From Salpingoeca rosetta (Eukaryota; Protista; Choanoflagellata): a stretch of 64,000 nt of DNA. Both the position numbers and the translations under genes were made by a program. The notes under the pieces were generated by a model that was not told the DNA's origin, searched no databases, and saw only the letters and a list, made by a program, of their open reading frames with translations. The stretch is from NCBI GenBank assembly GCA_033442325.1, contig JAWQFM010000004.1, positions 2,328,830-2,392,829 of the forward strand, written 5' to 3'. Positions 38,659 through 50,245 of this stretch are shown here, in pieces. How positions within the stretch are numbered: position 1 is the stretch's first letter; each line of letters starts with the position of its first letter.

Positions 38659-39850
38659 ACCTTTATATACTTGTGTGCGTGCGTGAATGCGTTGACAACG
38701 CGCTGTTACCAAGGAAGAATTGAGACCCACGCCAATCACCCTCGTCTGCCATCCTCGCTACCATAGATCTTTGCTGTCTTTGCCCTCGTCGCCCTCATTG
38801 CTGCAGTATCACAGCCACCGTACGGCCTTCTGTCGACAGGACATGTACAAAATTTGTCTGCGTATCTCACACAACGTTATTCCTGTGCTGTGCTGTGCTG
38901 CAACCATTCGACTGTTTGTTCGCTCATTTGTTCACTTGTCGAACTGCACTCACTTGACGGTCACAGTTTCATCACACACACAGCCACCCACTCTGCTGGT
39001 GAGTGGGGTTTCACGTCATGTAACGTTTGCACATCATCAACAGCTGTCGTTTATGGTGATATGGACAATATGCAGTCAATGTGGGATAGAGAAACAACAA
39101 TGAACGTGACCTGTCAGGAGTCCTGACGTGAGAGACACACAAACACAAAACGCAAGCGCACTCTGCATTGTGACAAGAGCATCGCACATGCGAGCAACAT
39201 CACATCACATGAGCACCCAGTCAACACAGTATGTGATTGAATGTACGCACGCACGCGTCAGTCGACACGACGCACCACCACAAGAAAAAAGAGGCGCTCG
39301 CGTGTGTGAGTGTGAGTGTGCGCGCGCGCGTTCAGATTCAAGTTGTCAAGGGCGAGTGACGTAGTGGGAATGGAGAACAAGCAGCGAAAAGTCGTCAAAT
39401 GACATCCGCAACACTTGTCCACTACTCCCATGCTACCGTGAGCATGTTGATTCGACACTCTCCCCATGCCACCGCCCACACTCGTTCAAAGAATTATGCG
39501 AACAACTGCGGCCTTTATCCGTGATATCTGTTGGCATCAAGAAGCTCGATAGTCCCTACCACACCACCATACCCCACCATACCCCACCACACACACATCC
39601 GCACACACACACAAACCCCACCACACACACATCCGCACACACACACACACACACTATCACACACACACACACACACACACACTATCACACTATCACACAC
39701 ACACACACTATCACACACGCAATTCCCTGACCAACCACCCCCCCCCCCCCCGGCATTTCCATGTCTCTGTCTCACTTGCTCTGGTACACCGAGAAAGGCG
39801 ACTGCCAAGCCGCTCGCTGAAAGTGATTGGTGTGATCCCATGTACACTGA

Positions 39851-42787
39851 TCAAAACTTGCCAGTGAACGTCAGTTGCGCTGCGCCGTTGGCAGAGATGA
39901 CGTTGAGGTCGATGGTCTTGAGAACGCCACCACGAGCAAGCCCCGCCTGAGCTCGCTGCGTAGCCTTCTTCGCCGCGCTCTTCTTGCCCGCAGCACCTTT
40001 CTTGGAGGCGCGTCGTGCTTTCTTCTTTGCTGTGAGGCGGGCGTTGGCCATGGCTTCCACTTGCTTCAGTCGCTCACAGGCAGTAACCACGATGGCGTCG
40101 TCGCTTCCGCTCGCGGACTGGGACAGGCTGATTGCGCGGCGAACCAAATTGAGGATGGAGAGCTCTGGGTTTGCAATGCAGGCGTCTTCCACCGACGCCG
40201 CCATCCTGTCCAGCCCAACAGCCACCGTCACCGTGCCCAGCATGCGGCACCATGCTGCGGCAACATCTGCGCGCCATTGACCAATGTGGGACTTCACACC
40301 AATCACAGCGGCCTTCATCCCGCAGTGCTTGACGAAGGCCAGCGCGTTCTTGCCTTGATCTTGGTCACCAGCGCCCATGCTCATGAGCACGTCCAGGGTG
40401 CGAAGCACGCACACGGCTTCCTGTGTTTCGGTTGTGTGGGACAGCTGTGCAAACAGCAGTGTCAGCGTCTGCAGCGATACGTGCACATTCGGGAAGCGGT
40501 GCTGCGCCTCGACGCAGCCCTCATCGGTGTCGCCACCACAGATTCTCATCATGAGCCGCAGCGCCAGGCAGGCCGGCTGTGTCGTGAGGCCTACCACATC
40601 GCACCCCACCGTGTGAAGCGGCTGCGTCAGGTTCGACACCGGCTGACACACGCTCGTGATCATCTGGTCGAGCGCGTTGATGCCCACCTCGCGCAGGGTC
40701 TGTGCGGCGCCGCACGTGGCGCTACTGTCACAGTCGTCGAGGATGTGATTGAGCACAAACGCACAGCAGCACTTGGCTGGCACAGCCGCCTCCTTCGCCG
40801 TGACGTGGCGCAGGACCGCAAGGAGCACCGAGAGGCCCCGCGCGTTCACGATTGCGCTGCAGGTTGCGCTCGTGTAGAAGCTGGCCAGCGTCCACATGTT
40901 CATGGCGGCCTTGCCCAAGACACGCCCGCTCCAGCGATGTGCGAGTGGAAGCTCGTATCGGAGCACAAGCAACGCAAGCTTTGGTGCACCGTACTCGAGC
41001 AGCTGTGACCGAAAGCAAGCGCCTGCGCCGGTCAAGCTCGTCGCAAAGCGGAGTCCAATCAGCACAAACTCGTGGTTGTTGCAGTACAGCTGGTGGCGTA
41101 TGGCGTGCAGGAGAGCCTCGACGATTGCCGCGACCCATTCCGATGGCATGTCTGCCATTGCTGCCCAGGTAAAGAGTGGCAGGTGCACTGAGACGAGGAG
41201 GCGGATGGCCTCGTCATGGTCCCGCTCGCGGTGGAGTTGCCGAAGAATGGTCTTCAGTCGAGTGAATATCGGGCGCCTTGAGCGATAGGTGTCACCGAGA
41301 TCATCGCAGAAGGGGCTGTGGCGGTGGTACATCTCGCTCAGCCCCTGTAGCTTGACCTCATGCCCCTCGGGCTCATACGTCAGCATCATGCGCAAGCCAG
41401 CCTCGATAGCTTGCATCAGCGTCGTGGTGTCATGGCACGGCTGTCGGAGCAAACATGCGTTGACAGCGTCCCAGGCCACAGTCTTCTCCTCGTCCGTCGT
41501 CTCCGACCGTGAGATTGCTGCAAACACGTGGGGCCAGTCGCTGTGGTTGAGGAGGTATTGCTCCGCTCTTGATTCGTGAACGCACCCATACTGCAGCAGC
41601 AGCGCTCCCATGAGCAGGCGCAGGTTGTCTGGGTTCTGGCTGAGTGCAGACGCAGATGCTGTAAAGAGAACGCGTGCGGCGTCCTCTGAAACGCCAAGGC
41701 ACCAGAACATGACCCACTCATACAGATCTTGCTGCATCCCGCGCGCAATGTGCGAGAAGAGCTCGAGCGCTTCTGGCGCAATGCCCGTGCCGCTGCAGTC
41801 CCACAGCACGGCGCTGATGAGGATGCCAGCGCTGACATCAGGAAGGAGTGCTGGCTCCCTCAGCTTTGTGGACACCGCCATGCACAGGAAGCAGCTCACA
41901 AAACCCACTAGCACGCCGTTATTTTTGCACGCCATGGCCACGCTCGTCATGAGGGAGAGAACGTGCGTGATGTCGGGGAAGGCTGCACGGAGAACCGCTG
42001 TTGGTGTAGTCCTGGCCAGCCCCTTCACCACAAGTCCGAGCACCGCGCACAGCATATCCGCAGAACGTCCCTGATGAGCGAGGGCGCCCATAACAACCGT
42101 CTGCAGTGCGCCGTCCTTCAGGGCTGAGTTTCGCGCGCGCGCTGTCGACAGGCGGAAGCAGTGGAACGCGGCATAGCATGCGGCAACCTGCAGCTTCCCC
42201 GGCACATCCGGCTTGCCGATGGTGCTCAACAGCGCAGGCAAGGCGCCTGGCTGGATGTCACTTGGCCGAAGCGCGCCAGTCGTCAGCCCCGTCACCAGCA
42301 GGCTGCAGCCAAGCAGCCGCACGTCGTGGGGTTGCTGCTGTCCCAACATGACCATGATAGCAAGGGAGATGGTGCCTGAACTGCTCCTGGGAGTGCTGTT
42401 GCTGCTGGTGTTGTTGCCGTCGCTGCTGTTGCCGTCGCTGTCGTGTGCCGTCGTGGTGGTGTCGTCATCGCTGCTGCTGTTTGTAGAGGTGATGTGGTTG
42501 TCGAGAAGGCCACTCTGCTCTGCAAGCTGCTTGAGCTGCGTCTTCAGGTCTTCGCTGAACCACTCCTCGCCGTCCTGCTGTTGCTGTTGCTTCGTGAATC
42601 TGGCATAGAAGGCCCGCGTGACCTCCGTGTGCGTCACTGGGTCGAACGTGAGGGTCGAAGGCCTCATCCAGGCAAGGTCAAGGTCGTCTGTCGACTCATG
42701 GTCGGTGTGTGGTTCCGAGCACTCGCCTTTTTTGGCGCCAGTGCGAACGAACGTTGTCTTACGCACCACAGCGTCCACGTCTGCCAT
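39851..42787 (-). CDS. Intronless ARM/HEAT-like alpha-solenoid protein B (~978 aa), paralog of protein A
   Basis: Uninterrupted ORF with first ATG at 42787 (MADVDAVV). ARM-like motifs GAPKLALLVLR, RGLSVLLAVLRH, CGMKAAVIGVKSH; basic C-terminal tail; blockwise similarity to protein A. Confidence 0.72.
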   Translation of the reverse strand: MADVDAVVRKTTFVRTGAKKGECSEPHTDHESTDDLDLAWMRPSTLTFDPVTHTEVTRAFYARFTKQQQQQDGEEWFSEDLKTQLKQLAEQSGLLDNHITSTNSSSDDDTTTTAHDSDGNSSDGNNTSSNSTPRSSSGTISLAIMVMLGQQQPHDVRLLGCSLLVTGLTTGALRPSDIQPGALPALLSTIGKPDVPGKLQVAACYAAFHCFRLSTARARNSALKDGALQTVVMGALAHQGRSADMLCAVLGLVVKGLARTTPTAVLRAAFPDITHVLSLMTSVAMACKNNGVLVGFVSCFLCMAVSTKLREPALLPDVSAGILISAVLWDCSGTGIAPEALELFSHIARGMQQDLYEWVMFWCLGVSEDAARVLFTASASALSQNPDNLRLLMGALLLQYGCVHESRAEQYLLNHSDWPHVFAAISRSETTDEEKTVAWDAVNACLLRQPCHDTTTLMQAIEAGLRMMLTYEPEGHEVKLQGLSEMYHRHSPFCDDLGDTYRSRRPIFTRLKTILRQLHRERDHDEAIRLLVSVHLPLFTWAAMADMPSEWVAAIVEALLHAIRHQLYCNNHEFVLIGLRFATSLTGAGACFRSQLLEYGAPKLALLVLRYELPLAHRWSGRVLGKAAMNMWTLASFYTSATCSAIVNARGLSVLLAVLRHVTAKEAAVPAKCCCAFVLNHILDDCDSSATCGAAQTLREVGINALDQMITSVCQPVSNLTQPLHTVGCDVVGLTTQPACLALRLMMRICGGDTDEGCVEAQHRFPNVHVSLQTLTLLFAQLSHTTETQEAVCVLRTLDVLMSMGAGDQDQGKNALAFVKHCGMKAAVIGVKSHIGQWRADVAAAWCRMLGTVTVAVGLDRMAASVEDACIANPELSILNLVRRAISLSQSASGSDDAIVVTACERLKQVEAMANARLTAKKKARRASKKGAAGKKSAAKKATQRAQAGLARGGVLKTIDLNVISANGAAQLTFTGKF

Positions 42788-42808
42788 TCTTCTTGTTGTT
42801 GTAGTTGT

Positions 42809-42840
<32 letters not shown>

Positions 42841-43211
42841 TTGTTGTTCTGTGTCTTGTGTTGGTGTCGAGCGCGCTGTGTTTGTTTTGGGTGGGCACTC
42901 AAAGTGAAGCCGCGAAGATGACAAAGATGCACGGCTTTGGTTCGACACAGAAGGTTGAGCAGTAAGTGTATCTTTACAAGAGAAAGTGCTCTGCTGTTTG
43001 CAGCGTCAAAGGCGGGGGTGACAATCGAAAGAAAAAATGTGTGGCAGCACCGAATAAAATTGCACTGCACAAACCAAGGTGTGTGCGTGTGTGCGTGCGT
43101 GTGTGCGTGCGTGTGCAGGTGTGTGTGTGTGTGTGCGTGCGTGCGTGTGTGCGTGCGTGTACGTGTGTGTGTACGTGCGTGCGTGTGTGTGTGTGTGTCA
43201 GCGTGCGTCGT

Positions 43212-43563
43212 TTAGGAGGTGGAAGGGTGGTGGGAGCGAGCAGCAATGAGGCGCACACCGGGGCCTCTGCTCCGTGATGACACCTTCTGCGCTTCAAAAT
43301 CCTGTGCCCAAGGGGTGCCGAAAAATGGCAGAGCGTGAGTGCGGGTACACGCGGCGTCAAGATGTTTGGCCACACAGCAGCGGCAATGTGCAATGCGCGC
43401 GTGTATGCACGGGAGGGCGGATGAAGATATCGAGACAGGCACGGAGACAGATCCACACGCTCACGTAGAGGCAGGCGCCCATACAAACACCCACACAGGC
43501 AGTCAGACGCACAGACGCACACGCACAGACGCCTACCCACGCACGCACACACACACACACACG

Positions 43564-43598
<35 letters not shown>

Positions 43599-43857
43599 TC
43601 ACACCTTTAGCGAGAGCACGTTGGCTGTAACGGGGATGGACACAGACGCCGTGTCACATTTGATAACAACCTCCTGCTTGAGTTCGCGTTGGGCTCTGGG
43701 CCCCAAGCACTTGGCCGTGTCAATCTGCAGGGTCACCTTGATGGACATACCCGGCGCAATCTTGATTCACAGACGTGCACACAATCGGATCATGTGGTTT
43801 GTACGCGTGAGTGAGGCATACATGGAGTATTGCAAAACTGTGCATAGACACAGGTGT

Positions 43858-43936
<79 letters not shown>

Positions 43937-44354
43937 GACCGACCGACCGACCGACAGACAGACCGACCGACAGACAGACCGACCGACCGACAGACAGACA
44001 CGCACACACGTATCGACACACACACATGCACACACGCAAAGGCAAATGAACCGCACGCAAAACTATAACCCTGGGCATAAGCTATAACCCTGAGACCACA
44101 CCTTGTCTGCCAAGCATGACACGTCGAGGCCAGAGTCAACCGGTGGCGCATGCACGTCCACAGCGCAAGGTACAGAGCCGCGGTTGTGAAGCTTGATGAC
44201 CAGGCAGTACGTGCACCCGCCCTTGAGCGTCCCAAACTCGGCCTGGACAACACGACACGAAGCATGACGAGTTGAGACAGATTAACAAAACCAGAGACAA
44301 GCACAGGACAATTATGCTCGCACACACACACACAGAGGGAGAGAAAAGTAGTTC

Positions 44355-44418
<64 letters not shown>

Positions 44419-46834
44419 AGTACCTGTGATGGCACAGCCTCAACGTGCGCTGGCACGTGGCTCTCTGCAGCTGGCGCGGCCTTCTGCTCAACGTTTGCAA
44501 GGGACCTGGACAGTGATGACAACATCAAGTCAGCTAGCTAGCGAGCAAGCAAGCAGAAAGGCAAACACAAAACACCCATGCACGCCTTTCGCACCCATCC
44601 AATACAATACATCAGTTCCAGGCACCTTCCACAATCCCCCCCCTTCTCTCCACCCAATCATCAACACAGAACACATACCCGTGGCTGCCGATGGCCGGGA
44701 GTGGGTTTGGTCGGACAAGTGCTGGTGGCACAACTTCCTTGAGCGGGGCGCCGTGCTGCTGCTGCTGCTGTGCCTGTCGTAGCTCACGGGGCAGGTCCGA
44801 GCCAAGCGTCTGCGCAGACCGCACCCGCACCTCCGGCAGCGTGCGCGAGCCAGCGCTCGACGGCCGCACACCGCCCATGCTGCTGCTGCTGACCCGGCGC
44901 ACAAGCGGCTCCGGCGACTCGCTCTTCTCCACCTCCTGCTGCGTGCGCGCCTCTGTTGCCGTGGGCGCAGGGACCATGTCCACGCTTGCGCTGGTGAGGG
45001 CCGTCGGGGTTGCCTGCACCATCTGCGGCTGATCTTCCGCGTGCTCGTGCAAAAACGCAAACGCGCGCGTCTTCTGCGCGACTGCGTTGTAGGGCGGGGG
45101 CGTGGTCTCCTGCTCCTGAGGCGATGACGACTGTGGCGTGGCGGCCAGCTCGTCGTCCGACTCCGGCATGGCAGAGCCCTCAAGGTCGCGTTTGGTCAGC
45201 GTGGATCGCAGCTTTGCTGGCGCATCGGCAAGAGCACCGCCATCCTCATCATCATCCTCCTCATCCTCAGCACCAGCGTTGCTGCTTGCCCCTTCTTGTT
45301 GTGTCGCGGACAGCTGGCGCGCGACAATGACGGCGCCGGCATCGTCCTGCGATGGCGGGCGTGCATACGCGTCAAGGTTATCGCGGTCTGTGGAGCGCAC
45401 CACCTCCGCCGACACCTCGCGCTCCCGCTTGTCAAGCGCCGCAGGCAAGTGCTCGCGGTCATCCCCAAGCTCCGGCGCAAACGAAAACATCTTTGAGGGA
45501 CTCACCATGCCAGGGCTCTCCACGGTGTCTGAGGACGGCGCTTCCTGGTCTTGTGTGCCTGCTGCTGCGTCGGTGGAAGCTGCCTCCTCTTGTCCTTGCT
45601 GCGTCACTGGAGCTGGTTGCGTTCTCGCCACACCGGTGGTGTTTTCCGCAGCAGCAGCGGCAGCAGCAGTTGCAGTCGCTGTGGTATCGCGTCCGTCATC
45701 GCCTGGCGGCGTGTCGATGCGTGGTTGCGCTTGCTTGCGGCCACCGCCGTCAGCAGCCTTGCTTGCTGCGTGCAATGCCTCAGAGTGCGCCTGCAGCTTC
45801 GTGCGCAGCGCCGCGGCCTCTGGGCTCTCAAAGTAGTCGGGAATCGTCTTGCTCTGCAGCATGGCCTGCAGGGTGCATGTGCGAGGCAGTTGCACGTACA
45901 CGACACGTCCATTAATGGCGAGTGGTGGCGACAAGGGCGACGAAAGTTGCGACCAACGTGGCCGTGAAGAGACACAACAGGATAAACCGATGCATGCTGA
46001 GGACGAACAACCAAACAAAGACGCAACATACATTACAACTCCTAACAAGCCACGCACTGCCATCAACTCCCTCCCTCACCAAAGCGACTCGCCCCACAAC
46101 GAGCATGGCGGTCAAACAAACAAGCACACCTTCATCTCCATGATGTTGCCCGATGCGGCCTCATCGTTGTCAAAGAATTCATCCAGGGTGCGTCTGTTGG
46201 TTGTCTGTGCGACTGGCTTTGGTGGGGGCGCCGTCAGCGTTTCACAGCCATCAACCACTGCTTCATCCTTCAGCGTGGCCAGGCTGCGTGCCAGCTCCTG
46301 TGCAAGCTCTGCCGCTGCGCCCTTCTCCATATTAGACCGTTCATCAACAATCTCCAGCGCCTGTGCGGCAGCAGCCTAATATGAAACACATGGCGTTGTT
46401 GTTGTTCAAGGTGAGCGGTTTTGTCAATGGAAGCGCGAGTGAACAAACAAGCATTTGGCACCACAGACAGGCGGACAGGCATGGACAGCACAGGATAAAC
46501 GGATAAACAGACACACAGACACGCATACTCGCACATGCACACATAGAAGGGGGCAGCCTGCACCACAGCATCACCAACCTGGTTGGCGAGCCACTGGTGG
46601 TATTGGTGGAGATCCGATGCCATAGCTGCTTGCTCTTGGGGACCAATGGGTGGGTGGAATTGCAGTTGCCTGCAAGCACAGGAGCAACAAGACACACAAC
46701 CGAAAACATTGAGTGAGACACAGCACCAGAAGCACCCGCCGAAACACTCTCTACAACCACAAGAACAAGAACAAGAGCAAGAACAAGAACAAGAACAACA
46801 AGAACAAGAACAACAGCAAGAGCAACAGCAAGAA

Positions 46835-46926
<92 letters not shown>

Positions 46927-49808
46927 CTATTCCACGCACCTGATGACGAGGAGTTGCTCTGGGCGTTCAAAGTCGTGATGTGGGAGGTGTGCGCGCTGCA
47001 GTGACAGCGGGAGCACAGACGACTTCTCGTAGCTCTGCAGGAAGGTGTTTGGCGGCCTCTGGCGTGCAATGTATGTGCGGGACATGGTGCCCGGGTCGTC
47101 GTACAGCTCTGGCTGCACACACTCCACGGCTGGGTCGGCGGTTGCGGCCTGGTCGTAGGCGACCACGTCCGATTCGCGCAGGAAGCGGGTGCACGTGCCG
47201 TCGCGGTGCACGACATACAGGCGCGGCGGGTAGCGGACCGACAGCGGCGCCGTCAGCGCCTCATCCCGCATGTCAACCTCGGCCTGCATGTCTGTGATGC
47301 GCAGCGTGCTTCCAAGGGCGTCCGTTGCCCGGAATCTGCCCGTGATGAAGTCAAACGTGCTCTTGGACCGGTGCTCCAGCGAAGACCACTGCATCACGGC
47401 ATCGTACACACCGCGCCCGTCCTCTCGCAGGTTGTCCCACCGCGACGGCACCACAACCCGCACTTCGCCCTCGCCACTCGCCCGTAGCGCCACCTCAAGC
47501 CCGCGCTCGGGGCTGCACACGCGCACGCGGCCCTCTGCAGCGTGGTGCACGAGAGCTGTGGACCCACCGTCCAGCATGACCACGCTCACGCCATCGTCGC
47601 GGAGTTCAACAGGCGGCATGCCCAGTCGCTCCACGCGCACCAGCTTGGAGGTGGACGTCAGCCAGCGGGTCACGATGCGCGTGCCGTCGCCAAACTCGGC
47701 GGCGTGGTCGCGCTCAAGCTCGCCGACGAGCGTGGCGTTGTCTTCGCGCGTCAGTACGGGCGTGCGCTCGGGGACGGAGATGCGGCGGACAACCAGCACG
47801 TCATGCTCGCTGTTCACAACGGGCGGGCTGCCACGCACAACGCGGCGGTGGCCGTCAAAGGACACCACCTCCCACTCTGTCTCGCTGGCCACGTTGTCGT
47901 ACACGGTGCCGTCTGGGCAGAACAGCACGACGCGCCCGTCGCTCATCTGCCGCGCCACATGCCCATCAGGCAGCACCGTCCTGCTCAGCTCCGTTCGCTC
48001 AGTGGCGGCGGCGGCGGCGCCAGCAGTGGGTGTTGTTGTTGCTGTTCCTGCTGTTGCTGTATGATTGCGGGAGGCCTTGGGTGGCTCGCGAAGCACCAGC
48101 TCGCCGCCAGGCATCAGCAGCACCTGCACGCCCGTGTTGGTGGCCGCGCTCACACGCAGGAGCGACTCCAGCGGTTGGGGCACAAACTCCCGGTTTGCAG
48201 TTGCGTCAGCACCAGCGCCATCTTGCGTCACGGCGCCTCCGTCCTCCGTCTCTGCTGCGGTCGCCGCTGCGTCTGTGCCGCGCGTGGGCGGTACGGTGCT
48301 CTCCTGCCGCGTTGCCTCGGGCTCCTTGATGCGCACGGACTTGGCCGTGTTGGTGCCCTCGCGTCGGCTGCGCGGCCGCTCCTTTCCGCCCTTTCGCGAT
48401 CGATCACCAGCCGTGCTCTCCGGCCGTGTGCTCTCAGTTCCGCCAGGCGCCAGCGTGTCATCGTCGCCCTGCTGCTGTTGTTGCTGCTGGTGTGATGGCT
48501 GCGGTGGCGTCCACTCCGACCGCCCGCGCGTTCGCAGCGCCTCCACAACCCTCAACGGAACAGCAACAGCCGCGTCCCCAATCGTCACAACAAGGCTGTG
48601 GCCTGGCGCTGGGCTGCTGTCACTGCTGCTGCCAGCATCTTGCTTTGGCGCTGGGGTGTTTGCCTGCGCTTCCTGCCCTGTCTGCTGCTGCTGTTGTTGC
48701 TGCTGCTGCTGCTGTTGTTGTGATTGAGACGAAGATTGGGTGTCATTTGGCTTGCGGGCGTGCTGGTGCACAGCAACGCACACCCCGTCCCTGTGCAGCG
48801 CCCACCGCCGCGTGCGCGTACCGTGCACGGCACCAGTCTCTGTGACGTGCACCGTTGTGCCGTCGCCCGTATCCAGTACACTCGTCTGCCCCGACACCTG
48901 CACCAATCGCCTCGGGTAGTCATACCCAACACGCTGTTGCTGTTGCTGCTCTTCCAGTTGCTCGTGTTCTGCCAGCCATTTGGACGTGTGTTCGAGGAAG
49001 TCTGTAAAGGCGACTTGCGTGTGGGCAAGGTGGCCCCACTCCGACCTGATGCGCGTGCGTGCGTGCGAAGTGTGTGTGTGTGTGTGTGCGTGCGTGCGAA
49101 GTGAGTTTGCGTGTGTGAGTGCGTGTGAGTGGGTGAGTGAGTCGTTGTGTTGAGGAAGTTGTGTTGAGTTGGGTTGTCGTGTTGAGGAAGTTGTGTTGAG
49201 TTGTTGAATTCAAAGTTTGCAAGCGAGCAGTGGTTTGCTGCGATGACAACGCGTGTACCTGATTGTGGGGGCATCAAGGGAAGGCGTGCGGTGCATGGCA
49301 ACGAGCGCACAGTCCATATCTGCAGGCGTCGCAGCGACATAAGCATCAAATGAGCATGTGGACACAAGTGTGAGAGGATGTAGAAGCGACAGGAGGGAGT
49401 GGCAGATGGACATGGGACGTCTCCACACAGCGCGTTGACACCAGTGCCACACAAAACAGCAGAGAGCGCATGCACGCAAGCACCTGGAAAGTAGTGTACA
49501 GCAGGCTGGAGGAGGTGTGTTGTCATGTCGTCGTTGAGGCACTGCAGCAAGCAGCGACGGTGCAGGCGCTCAGTCACGTTCCAGCGCGAAAAGTCCCACA
49601 TGTCGGCCGTCGTGCCTGAACCATTGGTATGCACGGCGAGGCAGGAGCACACAAGTGTGAACGCATAAGGACGTGAGGATGTACATACGAATGAAAGAGC
49701 TCATGTACGGGTGAATAAACCAAAGCACACACCACACCAGACACGTACACACAAGCTCACACAAGCTCACATGAGCTCACATGAGCTCACACACACACAC
49801 ACACACAC

Positions 49809-49865
<57 letters not shown>

Positions 49866-50111
49866 GCACACGCATGCACACCCAAGCCCCCCCCCACTCT
49901 TGTTCAGACAAATTCCATGCAGATGGGTACACGCAGGGGCAAGCAAGTGCGGACCTGTTTTGTCGGCGAGGAGGGAGGACATGGCAGAAAGGAGAATAAA
50001 GCGCTCCATTTGCGGCGGGGACGAGTTCGAGAACTTAAGCAGCTGCTGGCGCCGCAGCTGTTGGTGGGTCGGGCGGGGGGGGGGAAGGGTTTGAGTCGGT
50101 GAGAAAGCGAT

Positions 50112-50156
<45 letters not shown>

Positions 50157-50157
50157 G

Positions 50158-50245
<88 letters not shown>

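Noticed and set aside
31578-42898. Transposon, virophage or prophage-like element integrated at the tRNAs
   Set aside because: No integrase, transposase, RT or capsid motifs, terminal repeats or TSDs were recognised, and the TIR gene has a host-style intron.
46583-46978. Apparent poly-His/QE metal-binding peptide ORF
   Set aside because: Antisense reading of (ATG)n/(TTCTTG)n repeats within a SPAG17 intron.
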